A stretch of 64,000 bases of DNA, taken from a bacterium. Lineage in GTDB: Bacteria; Arandabacterota; Arandabacteria; Arandabacterales; Arandabacteraceae. The position numbers and the translations under genes were made by a program. Location: assembly GCA_029933125.1 (NCBI GenBank), contig JAOZOU010000004.1, positions 200,879 through 264,878 of the forward strand, written 5' to 3'. The notes beneath the pieces are model-generated. The model was given only the letters and a program-made list of their open reading frames with translations. It made no database searches and was not told where the DNA came from. Below are positions 19,887 through 29,740 of the stretch, one piece after another (positions within the stretch are counted from its first letter, which is position 1; the number at the start of each line of letters is the position of its first letter).

Positions 19887-20655
19887 GGATTGCTACTCCC
19901 AATCGTATGTTCGCCTTCCCGTTGCGAGTCTGAGAGCAAAGCCAAACAGACAGGCTGAGCTGATTTCTCAGGAGGTGGTAGGAAGAAGGGTAGAGATTCT
20001 CAGGTGCAGAGGCGATTGGCTAAAATGTCGCTTGAGGGATGGTTATCTTGGATGGCTACCCAGAAGGGCTGTTGCGGTGGATCCCGATTTTATGGCAAGC
20101 CACTTTGTAGTCTCACGCTTTGTTCGTATGCGATCCACTTGCGGAAAGGTGATACTGCCCCTTGGAAGTGTAGTAAAGGCGAAAAGATCGGGAAAATCCT
20201 ATGAGATCTACCTTCCCGGAGGTCAGGTTGGATTTATGGAAGCGGGCAAGCTCAGGTCACTTAGATTTCTTCCATTTGATTCCAGCCAGTACAGGAGGCT
20301 AGTTAGGGAAGTTGCTGGAGCTCCTTATCTCTGGGGAGGCAAAACACCTTTCGGATTCGACTGCTCTGGTCTAGTTCAGGTGATTTTTGATCTTATGGGC
20401 GTGATGTTGCCGAGGAACTCACGTGATCAGGCAAGAATTGGAAAGCCTATCGAATCAATCCATAAAGCTCAGGTTCTTGATCTTTTATTCTTCGCACACG
20501 GGGCTAACATCGATCATGTTGCCATCTACCTTGGCGAATTGAGGTTCCTCCATGCATCCGACTGGGTGAAGATTGAGTCATTGAGGGAAGGCGATCCTTG
20601 CTACAGGGGTGACCTGTTGGCCAGCCTAGTTGAGATCAGGAGAACTGTTCTATGA
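19840..20655 (+). CDS. SH3 + NlpC/P60 (C40) peptidase, YkfC-like gamma-D-glutamyl endopeptidase
   Basis: N-terminal SH3b-like region (W..CRLRDGYLGW); PYLWGG.TPFGFDCSG catalytic Cys; DHVAIY and FLHAS histidines; exact start uncertain. Confidence 0.85.
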   Translation: MRPVLVTMSSLVNIAKDCYSQSYVRLPVASLRAKPNRQAELISQEVVGRRVEILRCRGDWLKCRLRDGYLGWLPRRAVAVDPDFMASHFVVSRFVRMRSTCGKVILPLGSVVKAKRSGKSYEIYLPGGQVGFMEAGKLRSLRFLPFDSSQYRRLVREVAGAPYLWGGKTPFGFDCSGLVQVIFDLMGVMLPRNSRDQARIGKPIESIHKAQVLDLLFFAHGANIDHVAIYLGELRFLHASDWVKIESLREGDPCYRGDLLASLVEIRRTVL

Positions 20656-21689
20656 TCGAATTTCGTCGGGCAGCGATTCTTGCTGAAGGTAGTTTTGGAA
20701 TCCTTACATCCAAAACTGCAGTCTGTCTGGTAAGGTACGTGCCTGATAAGGTCTGCTGCATTATTGATAGCAGCAAACGGGGAAAGCTCGTCGAAGATAT
20801 TCTGGGCTTTGGAGGTGCTATTCCCATCGTTGGGTCAATTGAAGAGGCAATGGAACTGTCTCCTGATACTTTGCTTATTGGTATAGCTCCCAGGGGTGGT
20901 CTCTTGCCAGAGGAGTGGCGCCAGATCATCCTAAGGGCAATCGCCTTCCGGTTGAACATCATAAGTGGACTTCACACCATGCTTACGGAAGATCCCGAAA
21001 TCAGGGAGGCAGCGAGGGGGAAAGGAGTCAGCATTTGGGACATAAGAAAGCCGATAATTCCTGACGGTGTATTGACAGGCAGGCTAGCCAAAAGGGATGG
21101 ACGAGTGATTCTTACCGTCGGATCAGACTCACGAACTGGCAAGATGACCGTTGGCTACGAACTTGTGAAGTACCTCGAGCTCAAAGGTATCAAGGCCGCG
21201 TTTGTTCCAACTGGCCAGACAGGTATCCTCTTGGGAGGCAATGGATATGTTATTGATAGGATTGCCGGTGATTTCATGTCGAGGGTTGTTGAAGATCTCA
21301 CTTATGAAGCTCTCAAGACTGCGGATGTGGTTGTTGTTGAGGGACAGGGTTCTCTTGTTCATCCCGCCTATTCCGGAGTCGCCTTATCCATAATACATGG
21401 GTGCTATCCCGACGCCATGATTTTGTGCCATCAGCCTACACGGAAACACATAGAGGGTTATGGAGTTGAGATACCGCCTCTTGAAGACCTCATCACCCTG
21501 CACGAGACTATTGCGCGACCTGTGTTTGAATCCAAGGTTATTGCGATTGCCGTCAACACCTTTGATCTAACCGAAGTCGAAGCTCTTCACACAATAGAGA
21601 CGATTCATTCCCAAACTCGACTCCCAACGGATGATGTAATTCGCTGGGGTTGGCAGAAGCTCTCTGCAGCCGTGGAGGCGATATTATGA
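20652..21689 (+). CDS. DUF1611 protein (DgcN-like D-glutamate N-acetyltransferase family)
   Basis: KTA..L.RY, GIAP.GG.LP..W, SGLH..L, TVGSD...GKMT, TGQTG, EGQGSL.HPAYS. Confidence 0.88.
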   Translation: MIEFRRAAILAEGSFGILTSKTAVCLVRYVPDKVCCIIDSSKRGKLVEDILGFGGAIPIVGSIEEAMELSPDTLLIGIAPRGGLLPEEWRQIILRAIAFRLNIISGLHTMLTEDPEIREAARGKGVSIWDIRKPIIPDGVLTGRLAKRDGRVILTVGSDSRTGKMTVGYELVKYLELKGIKAAFVPTGQTGILLGGNGYVIDRIAGDFMSRVVEDLTYEALKTADVVVVEGQGSLVHPAYSGVALSIIHGCYPDAMILCHQPTRKHIEGYGVEIPPLEDLITLHETIARPVFESKVIAIAVNTFDLTEVEALHTIETIHSQTRLPTDDVIRWGWQKLSAAVEAIL

Positions 21690-22699
21690 GAATTGAGGGA
21701 AAGATATATGACTTGGTTCTTGAAGTTCCCTTTGCCATCGCAAGGAATACCACATCCAGGCATTCGATCTGCATCGCTGAAATTCAATTTGAAGGCTTTG
21801 TTGGCTATGGAGAGGCTTCTCCATCAGGCTACTACGGCGATAGTACTGAGAAGGCAATGCTTGCTATCAATGGAGCAGGTAAGCTTCTTGAGGATCCATT
21901 TGCCATGGAGAAGATAAGCCGTGCCTTATTAGAGAATTTCCCGGATAGTCCGTCTGGGAGAGCTGCAATAGAGATTGCCCTTTATGATCTCCTTGGTAAG
22001 GTTACCAATCAACCCGTGTACAGGCTTTTGGGACTGGCAGGTATGGATCCGCCCATGACGTCGTATACTGTTGGCGTAGAAGATGTGGCTATAGCGGAGC
22101 GGCGTCTGGAGGTCCTGCGGCAGTACCCAATTCTCAAGGTGAAGCTGGGTTTTGGAGATGAGCTGCGCCTGCTTGAGCTTTTAAGCAGCGAGACCAATGC
22201 AAGGTTGAGGGCCGATGCCAACGAGGGCTGGCAACTCGATGAAGCGATAGAGAAAATAAACTCCTATGGCGAACGCTTTAATATCGAGTTCTTCGAACAG
22301 CCCTTACCCAAGAACCAAAGGGAGAACTATCGAAAGCTCAAGCGTGAAACCCGCGCAACGATAATTGTTGACGAAAGCGTCGTGACACCAAGCGATATTC
22401 TCGAGTGGGCAGATATAGTTGATGGAATCAACATAAAGCTCATGAAATGTGGAGGTATAGCACAGGCACTCAAGATGATATGGACAGCAAAATCAGCAGG
22501 TCTCAAGGTCATGCTTGGTTGTATGATTGAAAGTTCTGTGGGCATAACAGCGGCGGCTCATTTAGCTCCTCTTGTAGAGTATTGCGATCTCGATGGCAAT
22601 CTTCTCATCACAAATGATCCCTTCACAGGCGTCAAAGCTGTTCGAGGCATCCTAGGCCTTCCTACGAGCCCCGGTTTGGGTGTGAAACCAACCATCTAA
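21686..22699 (+). CDS. Enolase-superfamily dipeptide epimerase (L-Ala-D/L-Glu epimerase / DgcA-like)
   Basis: ATG 21686 overlaps upstream stop; KVK, DANEG, EQP, DES, NIKLMKCGG, DLDG motifs. Confidence 0.9.
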   Translation: MRIEGKIYDLVLEVPFAIARNTTSRHSICIAEIQFEGFVGYGEASPSGYYGDSTEKAMLAINGAGKLLEDPFAMEKISRALLENFPDSPSGRAAIEIALYDLLGKVTNQPVYRLLGLAGMDPPMTSYTVGVEDVAIAERRLEVLRQYPILKVKLGFGDELRLLELLSSETNARLRADANEGWQLDEAIEKINSYGERFNIEFFEQPLPKNQRENYRKLKRETRATIIVDESVVTPSDILEWADIVDGINIKLMKCGGIAQALKMIWTAKSAGLKVMLGCMIESSVGITAAAHLAPLVEYCDLDGNLLITNDPFTGVKAVRGILGLPTSPGLGVKPTI

Positions 22700-22807
22700 C
22701 AGGTCCCGACGTGTAAATTCTGCTAAAGAATGCAAACCCTCGGTCGATAGACACCTAGGAAACGTCAGTCAAGAGGTCCTGTATCTTTGTTGGAGGAGAG
22801 GTGTAAC

Positions 22808-25411
22808 ATGCGAAAACTTACTCCTATCTTTATGGTCGTATTGTGGCTCGCTTTCGCCTGTGGTCTCCAAGCGGGAACAACAGGGAAGATCGCAGGTATG
22901 GTAATTGATGCCGAAACCGGTGAGCCCCTCACTGCGGTAAACGTCACTGTCGAAGGTACGCATCTAGGTGGAATCAGCAACCTCGAAGGGCTTTATCACA
23001 TCGTAAATGTTCCACCTGGTACCTATTCAGTCAAGGCTTCAATGATGGGCTATCAGCCTCTTGTGGTTGATGGAGTTGTTGTCAATGCTGATTTCACAAC
23101 AACAGTTGATTTCCAGCTTGACCCCACAGTACTCGAGGTTGTTCCCGAAATTGTGGTTACAGCTGAGAGGCCGATGATAAGAAAAGACATGACTTCATCA
23201 ATCAGCGTGGTTGAGCATGATGAAATATCCATGCTTCCCATTGAGTCGCCCTTCGACATAGTCAGCTTCCAGGCAGGTGCTGCGCTTGATCGCAGGGGTA
23301 TCCATATCCGTGGAGGACGTGAGACTGAGATATCCTATGCCATCAACGGGGCGACAATTCTTGATCCTATTTTCTCGAGAGCTTCTGCGAGCTATGACGA
23401 ATCTGCAATTCAAGAAATGGTCATCCTGAGTGGGGGATTCACTCCAGAGTATGGAAATGCTCAATCAGGTATAGTGAATGTCATCACCAAAGAGGGTGGA
23501 CCGACTTTCAAGGGAGAAGTTGAAAAGCAATTCTATCTTCCTCTTGAGACCCTTTGGCAGGCTGCTGACGATGCGAAGAAGTATGACACGGGTTACAATA
23601 CAACCAAGCTTACCCTCAGCGGTCCAACCCCTTGGACAGATAAGCTGAGGTATTTCATCTCAGGTGAAACTTCCAAGTGGGACGATTGGGATCCCCATGT
23701 CTATGTTCTCCCCAATCAAGGTCGTGATCTCGATCAGGTCATCTGGAAGGTTACAGGCTTCCCTGGCCACAATGTCAAGCTCTTCAGTGAGGGACTTTTC
23801 TACTACACCAAGTTCAGGGTTTGGGATGCTCAGCGCCAGAAGATACCCGAGACCTTCCTTCAGTATAAGAGAAAAACACTTGTCAATCTCGTTGGCATGA
23901 GCCATATGGTAAGCCCGAGTACATATTATGATGTCTCCCTGTCGAGGTTTTCCACTTCCTATCATGTTGCTCAGCCAGGCAAGTGGTATGATATGAGCAA
24001 ATCCCAGGAGTGGAACACCACTCCTGCCGAGGAAGGCGGTGGTGGCTTAGATCTTCAGCCAGAATATGATGAGGACAACTTCATCGTAGCTGGAGATAAT
24101 CCCCTCTTTCATGACTCACAATCCACTGTTTATGGTTTCAGGGCAAGCCTTACAAGCCAGGTGAATGAACACCATCAACTCAAGGTCGGTGGTGAGGTTG
24201 ATCTCTACGACTCACGTCATCAGGAGGTCTATGCTCCAGCAGGTAACATCTACAGGAACGACTACAGGGTAACTCCAAGGTACTATGTTGGCTATCTACA
24301 GGATAAGATTGAGTACAGCGGGCTCATTGTAAACACAGGTCTTAGGCTGGATGTTTTTGATCCCAACTTTAAGTATCCTTCGGATCCAATCTATCCCTGG
24401 GATCCTTCAATACAGGTCCCTGGACCCGAGTGTGGAGGTCCGGACAATACCGAGCCTCCTCTTTGGAAGCTTAAAGACGCATCTGTTAAACTTCAGGTTA
24501 GCCCGCGTCTTGGTATTTCTCACCCTGTCTCCGAGAGAACCGTGCTTCACTTCACCTATGGCCACTACTTCCAGGTTCCGGCTTTCCGCTATCTGTACAC
24601 CAATACCAAGTACGACATGGGCGGGCATTGGCCGCTCATAGGTAACCCCAATCTTAAGCCGGAAAGAACCGTTTCCTACGAGGTTGGGCTTGAGCATCTG
24701 ATTGCTGAGGACCTCATGATAGACCTTACAGGTTTCTACAAGGACATTTATGATCTCATCTCAACTGTTGTGATAAATGATAGTCGTGATTCCGATACCC
24801 CACCCGATGCAACCGAGTACACAACCTACCGTAATACAGACTGGGGCAATGCGAGAGGCTTCGAGGTCACACTTCAGAAGAAGTTCAGAGAGGACTGGAT
24901 GGGAAGGCTCATCTATACTTTCATGGTTGCAAAGGGTAGAAGCTCGGATGTTCTCGAGGGCTACAGAAATCGCTTTGAGGGGAATGTACCACCTTCCAAG
25001 GAATATTATCTGGATTGGGATAGAAGGCACAATATAGTTGTCGACCTGGGCTACGGCAGGCGCGACAACTGGTCAGTGAATGTTCTCGTCAAATATGCCT
25101 CAGGTTCACCATATACTCCTGTTGAAAATACCAGGTCCGCTCAACCCGAGCAGAATACCGCAAGATTCCCTTCAACGTCCGTGGTCAATCTCAAGCTCTC
25201 CAAGGATTTCAATCTCTTTAACATGAGGGAGCAGGTTTTCCTGCAGGTTGAAAATCTCTTCAACAAGCGCAACCTTGTTGCCTTCGATGATGACAATACC
25301 GATCTGATGCGTCACCTGAGACTAACCGGTGAATATACCGGACCTTTCAATGATGTAACTGTCTATGGAGCACCGAGAGAGATAAAAGGAGGCATTAGAG
25401 TGCAGTTTTAG
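22808..25411 (+). CDS. TonB-dependent receptor (paralog of 3036..5738)
   Basis: RBS then ATG 22808; GTTGKIAG.V.D..TGEPL; HIRGGR; GGF..EYGNAQSG; C-terminal GIRVQF. Confidence 0.92.
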   Translation: MRKLTPIFMVVLWLAFACGLQAGTTGKIAGMVIDAETGEPLTAVNVTVEGTHLGGISNLEGLYHIVNVPPGTYSVKASMMGYQPLVVDGVVVNADFTTTVDFQLDPTVLEVVPEIVVTAERPMIRKDMTSSISVVEHDEISMLPIESPFDIVSFQAGAALDRRGIHIRGGRETEISYAINGATILDPIFSRASASYDESAIQEMVILSGGFTPEYGNAQSGIVNVITKEGGPTFKGEVEKQFYLPLETLWQAADDAKKYDTGYNTTKLTLSGPTPWTDKLRYFISGETSKWDDWDPHVYVLPNQGRDLDQVIWKVTGFPGHNVKLFSEGLFYYTKFRVWDAQRQKIPETFLQYKRKTLVNLVGMSHMVSPSTYYDVSLSRFSTSYHVAQPGKWYDMSKSQEWNTTPAEEGGGGLDLQPEYDEDNFIVAGDNPLFHDSQSTVYGFRASLTSQVNEHHQLKVGGEVDLYDSRHQEVYAPAGNIYRNDYRVTPRYYVGYLQDKIEYSGLIVNTGLRLDVFDPNFKYPSDPIYPWDPSIQVPGPECGGPDNTEPPLWKLKDASVKLQVSPRLGISHPVSERTVLHFTYGHYFQVPAFRYLYTNTKYDMGGHWPLIGNPNLKPERTVSYEVGLEHLIAEDLMIDLTGFYKDIYDLISTVVINDSRDSDTPPDATEYTTYRNTDWGNARGFEVTLQKKFREDWMGRLIYTFMVAKGRSSDVLEGYRNRFEGNVPPSKEYYLDWDRRHNIVVDLGYGRRDNWSVNVLVKYASGSPYTPVENTRSAQPEQNTARFPSTSVVNLKLSKDFNLFNMREQVFLQVENLFNKRNLVAFDDDNTDLMRHLRLTGEYTGPFNDVTVYGAPREIKGGIRVQF

Positions 25412-25426
25412 GACTGGAGGTTGGAA

Positions 25427-27313
25427 ATGAGAGCAATATGTGCCTATTTGATTATTATCTCAGTGCTGAGTGTTTCGACAACTGCCTTAGCCTGGGATGC
25501 GGACGCAGTCTCTAAGTTTGGCCCCCCGACATCGCAAAACCGCGAACGCGCCCTTGCCGCCGCTCCCTGTATTTCAGCTACTTCGAGATACACCATAGGT
25601 GACCTTTGGTTTCCCCAGATCTACACAGTTGGCTTGTGCCTCTACACGGGTTACTATCCTGGGTCATCTAATAACATGCAGATTTTTCAGACGGGCCCAT
25701 GGATGGGGGGCTATGCCGAGGATGGCGGAGGTGAACCCTGGACAGCGATCGGAACATTCGATCAGCTTGACTTCCTCATGTATGACAGCATCTGCAGCGG
25801 ATTCAATGTCTCAGAACCAGGGCAGAGCTCTGTCGATGTGGAAAGCACCTTCGATACTGCCTATTCACCACGCGATCTTGGCGTGGTTGTCACTCTTCGC
25901 TACATGATGTGGGACGATCCGAGGCTTGACGACTGTATCGTCATAAAGGCTGGAATTAAGTTCAGAAAGGCTATTGAGGATTTCTGGTTTGGATGGATGT
26001 CTGACTGTGACATCGGCAACAATGATTTGCCTGACTACTACTACGATGATCTCGTTGGCTATGATGAGACGAGAGGCGTTGCCTACATGTATGACGATGA
26101 CGGTGACCCAGCAATTGCTACAGATGCTAAGAGCAAATTGCTTTCCTCGGCACATGTCGGACAGGTTCTTCTGTCCGCACCGCCTCCCGGTGGAAGCATA
26201 CATGTGCCACCTGCAACCAATGTTTCCTGGGAGACATTTGCATGGTGGGACTGGAATAATGATGTGACAGGTGATGCGGCTGCCTACGAAAGAATGTGCC
26301 GGGGAACGATTAGCCCATATCCGCCCGAGGTACCCTTCGATTACAGGATGATGACCGCTGTTGGTCCTTACGATGTCGAAGCCGGTGATTCAGCAACATT
26401 CTACATCGCACTCGTTTTTGGAGAAGGTCTCGATGCCGAATACTGGGCACGCCGGAGCAAGATAGGTGGCGAGGTTTCCGACATGGGCTCACTGATCGAG
26501 CATGTTGAGAACATCAAAGATTTCTTTGCCTCCGGTCTTGTACTTGCTGATCCGGCGCCTCATCCGCCGATTCTTGAGGATCCACGCCTCAACGGAAGAA
26601 AGGCGACCCTGAGCTGGGAATCGGTTTCTGAAGAGGATGACGACTTCGCAGGCTACAGAGTGTATCGAAGCCTTGTCTCGAATGTTGGGCCTTGGGATCT
26701 TCTCGCTGACTTTGCTGGTAGACCTTTTGTTCACACCTATGAAGATACACTAAGAATTGGATTCCCAACTTTCTACCTTGTCACAGCATATGATTTGGGT
26801 GGAAACGAATCCAATAAGGGCAGTGCTGTAACAAAGACCCTCGGAGGAATCTATGCTACCACTGTGCCTTCAGACTATGAGGGTGACTGTGAAAGTCTTT
26901 GCGAGGATCAGTGCCAGGATTGTCAGGAATGCTATGATCAATGCCTTGAGAAATGTATGCAGGCAAAGCGAGCAGCAGCCCTTGACAAAATCCTGGTAGC
27001 ACCTAACCCCTACAGAGGAAGCGCAGATTGGGAAAGGCTTGATTACGAGGGGCGTATTGCGTTCTACAATCTCCCCAGGCGTTGCACAATTTATATCTAC
27101 ACGATAACTGGTGAACTCGTTGACGTCGTATATCACAACATGCCTGGTGATGATACACCCGATCCTGAGGAAAGTGAAACAGGTGGTGAAAGGTGGGACA
27201 TGATTACCTCAAATGGGCAATCGATTGCCAGTGGCATATACATCTATCGAGTTACAAGTCCAGAATATGGTGAGAAAATCGGTAAGTTTGCGGTCATAAG
27301 AGGTGAACGCTAA
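25427..27313 (+). CDS. Secreted acidic protein with FnIII-like module, Cys-rich insert and T9SS-like C-terminal domain (paralog of 5762..7900)
   Basis: GGAGG RBS then ATG 25427; FAGYRVYR / FYLVTAYD; VAPNPY...YTITGELV...WDM...NGQSIASGIYIY...KFAVIR. Confidence 0.75.
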   Translation: MRAICAYLIIISVLSVSTTALAWDADAVSKFGPPTSQNRERALAAAPCISATSRYTIGDLWFPQIYTVGLCLYTGYYPGSSNNMQIFQTGPWMGGYAEDGGGEPWTAIGTFDQLDFLMYDSICSGFNVSEPGQSSVDVESTFDTAYSPRDLGVVVTLRYMMWDDPRLDDCIVIKAGIKFRKAIEDFWFGWMSDCDIGNNDLPDYYYDDLVGYDETRGVAYMYDDDGDPAIATDAKSKLLSSAHVGQVLLSAPPPGGSIHVPPATNVSWETFAWWDWNNDVTGDAAAYERMCRGTISPYPPEVPFDYRMMTAVGPYDVEAGDSATFYIALVFGEGLDAEYWARRSKIGGEVSDMGSLIEHVENIKDFFASGLVLADPAPHPPILEDPRLNGRKATLSWESVSEEDDDFAGYRVYRSLVSNVGPWDLLADFAGRPFVHTYEDTLRIGFPTFYLVTAYDLGGNESNKGSAVTKTLGGIYATTVPSDYEGDCESLCEDQCQDCQECYDQCLEKCMQAKRAAALDKILVAPNPYRGSADWERLDYEGRIAFYNLPRRCTIYIYTITGELVDVVYHNMPGDDTPDPEESETGGERWDMITSNGQSIASGIYIYRVTSPEYGEKIGKFAVIRGER

Positions 27314-27334
27314 TCTCGGTTAGGAGGTTGGATC

Positions 27335-28318
27335 ATGAGACTTAAGCTTGTTCTGGGCGCAGTCCTGATTTTGATTTTGGCGACATGCGTCTTCGGGATG
27401 CAGAACAAGGTTGGCACAGCCGGCGCGCTCTTTCTCAAGATTGGCATGGATGTCAGAGCGGCTGCAATGGGAGAGGCAAGTGGAGCACTTGTTGGAGACG
27501 CCTCGTGTGCATTTGGTAATCCCGCTGGCCTTGCAGGTATTGCCACTAAACAGATATTCATCACCGACACCGAATGGATTGCTGATATAAGGCTTCTTGG
27601 GGGAGCTTATGCCTTTCCTTTTGGCCTCTCAAGTGTGATTGCTTTGAGCGGCGTTTGTGTTGACTACGGTTCGATGCCTATGGTTAGAGAGGCTGAGGCT
27701 GACGCTGTGGTTGAGACCTTCAATCCCAAAGATATTGCTGTCGGGATCTCCTATGCCAGAAGATGGACAAATCGCCTTCTTGTCGGAGGTTCGGCCAAAT
27801 ACATCGATCAGGCTATAGCTGATTATCACTCCCGGGGCATTGCCTTTGACTTCGGCACCATCTACTACACTGGTTTCAGAACGTTAAGACTTGCCATGTC
27901 CACAAGCAACTTTGGACCTGATATGAAGTTTGATGGGACCTACATTGACAAGTATTACATCGGGACAGCATATGTGGAAACGCAGAAGGAATTCGGTACC
28001 TACGATCTTCCGCTAAACTTCAGGATTGCCCTTGCATACGATTTCGATATATCGTCTGGCTCAAAAGTCACAGTTGCTCTTGACGCAACTCATCCTAACG
28101 ACTATTCGGAAAGATTGCACTTTGGGGCTGAATATTCCTGGGATGGAACATTCTTCCTGAGAAGTGGATACACTGTCAATGCTGAGGAGATGGGCTTCTC
28201 CGCCGGCTGTGGTGCGAAGATTTCCACATCCATGGGCGCTGCAAGCTTCGATTACGCCTACACTGATTTCGGAGTCTTCGATGGTGTCCATCACTTTGCT
28301 TTAGGGATTTGCTTCTAA
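27335..28318 (+). CDS. PorV/PorQ (UPF0164) family outer-membrane beta-barrel (paralog of 7927..8904)
   Basis: KVGTAGALFLKIGMDVRAAAMGEA..NPAGLA; C-terminal HHFALGICF. Confidence 0.85.
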   Translation: MRLKLVLGAVLILILATCVFGMQNKVGTAGALFLKIGMDVRAAAMGEASGALVGDASCAFGNPAGLAGIATKQIFITDTEWIADIRLLGGAYAFPFGLSSVIALSGVCVDYGSMPMVREAEADAVVETFNPKDIAVGISYARRWTNRLLVGGSAKYIDQAIADYHSRGIAFDFGTIYYTGFRTLRLAMSTSNFGPDMKFDGTYIDKYYIGTAYVETQKEFGTYDLPLNFRIALAYDFDISSGSKVTVALDATHPNDYSERLHFGAEYSWDGTFFLRSGYTVNAEEMGFSAGCGAKISTSMGAASFDYAYTDFGVFDGVHHFALGICF

Positions 28319-28321
28319 CGG

Positions 28322-28356
28322 TGTGGGGCGTCTCACAGGGGCGCCCCACAAATTCT
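28322..28356 (+). terminator. GC-rich hairpin, probable intrinsic terminator closing cassette 2
   Basis: TGTGGGGCG...CGCCCCACA perfect 9-bp stem extended by GC/GU pairs, directly after the stop codon; weak U-tract. Confidence 0.55.
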
Positions 28357-28426
28357 CTCCCACCGCTTAACTCTCGTGCTTGACTCGCTTGCTGTAGTAT
28401 GGTAGTAGTCTCGAGAGGAGGGGTTT

Positions 28427-28891
28427 ATGTATGTTTTGAGGCACGGGCAGAATCCACTCTATCAGGCTGTCAGACTTGGTCTGCCGAATCTATGCTATAC
28501 CTGTGGCATATGTGTTGGGGATTGCCCTGCTGCGCGTTTCTCTGATGACTTCAATCCACGTCAGATATTCCTGAGAGTATCCCTTGGTATTGCTGATGGC
28601 CTCATTGCGGAACAATCCCCAATCTGGAAGTGCACAACTTGCTACACATGTGCTGAAAGATGTCCTGCTGGAGTCAAGCCTGTTGAGGTCATCATTGCCC
28701 TGAGGAATATGTGCTTCCAGGAGGGTATCGTTCCTCATCAGGTAAGCAAGATCCACCAGGCGGTTGTTACAAAGGGGATTGTAAGTGCCCTAACTGAAAC
28801 CATTTTGAGGCGTCGCCGAGAGTTAGGCTTACCTGAGGTTAGTGAAGACTTAGGCGCTATAGTAAAGAGTGTGATCGGTGAGGATGGTTGA
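28427..28891 (+). CDS. hdrC: Heterodisulfide reductase subunit C-like 2x[4Fe-4S] protein
   Basis: CYTCGICVGDCP and IWKCTTCYTCAERCP; C-terminal RRELGLP. Confidence 0.85.
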   Translation: MYVLRHGQNPLYQAVRLGLPNLCYTCGICVGDCPAARFSDDFNPRQIFLRVSLGIADGLIAEQSPIWKCTTCYTCAERCPAGVKPVEVIIALRNMCFQEGIVPHQVSKIHQAVVTKGIVSALTETILRRRRELGLPEVSEDLGAIVKSVIGEDG

Positions 28892-29735
28892 AAAGAGATA
28901 CAAGTTCTTTCCGGGATGCCTTGCACGTGTCAAGCTGCCTCACATTGAGAAGTCAGTAAGGACAGTGCTCGAAGCAGTTAGGGTCGAGCTGGTTGATGTT
29001 AATGAGTTCACGTGCTGTCCGGACCCCGTTGTCTTTAGATCTGCATCAAGGCTAGAGTGGTTGCTTCTTGCAGGTCATAACCTCTCACTCGACGGGGGGG
29101 ATCCGATTTTGACCCTGTGCCCTGGGTGCGCATCATCCCTGGCTGAGGCCTCCTTTGTTTTGAAAAATGAGATGGAAACAGCACGTCGTGTCACAGAAGC
29201 TCTTAAGTTGAACCATGAATTCATAATCCCACAGGTGAGTCATTTCTTGAAAGTACTCGCTGGCGAGGAAATCCTTGAGAGCATAAAGGGGATGGTTAAG
29301 CGCGATCTAAGTGGTTTGAGGGTTGCAACCCATTATGGCTGCCATCTTGTGAGACCGTCTTTTGCTGTTGGTTTTGACGATCCTGAAAAGCCAAAATCAC
29401 TCGATGACGTAGTTGCTGCAACTGGTGCTATGGTGGTAGAATACGAGGACAAGATGCTTTGCTGTGGGCGTCCTGCAATAGACGAAGAGACTTCAAGAGC
29501 GATCCTGGAACACAAGTTGGAATGTCTTAGGGATGCGAGCTGTGACATCCTTGTGGTTGCCTGCCCATTCTGCTTTGAGCAATTTGACCTTGGGCAAGTA
29601 GTTCTTGCAAGAAAGAAGGGCAGGGATTACAATCTACCTATTCTCTATGTAAGCCAGCTCATAGAAATTGGAATGGGTATGAGTGGAGAAGCGAGCTGGA
29701 AATACCATCGCATTAAACCTCATAAATTACTTTAA
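28884..29735 (+). CDS. hdrB: Heterodisulfide reductase subunit B-like CCG-domain protein
   Basis: FPGC, TCCP, CPGC, HYGCH..RP, CCG, CPFC..QFD motifs; ATG 28884. Confidence 0.88.
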   Translation: MVEKRYKFFPGCLARVKLPHIEKSVRTVLEAVRVELVDVNEFTCCPDPVVFRSASRLEWLLLAGHNLSLDGGDPILTLCPGCASSLAEASFVLKNEMETARRVTEALKLNHEFIIPQVSHFLKVLAGEEILESIKGMVKRDLSGLRVATHYGCHLVRPSFAVGFDDPEKPKSLDDVVAATGAMVVEYEDKMLCCGRPAIDEETSRAILEHKLECLRDASCDILVVACPFCFEQFDLGQVVLARKKGRDYNLPILYVSQLIEIGMGMSGEASWKYHRIKPHKLL

Positions 29736-29740
29736 GTACC

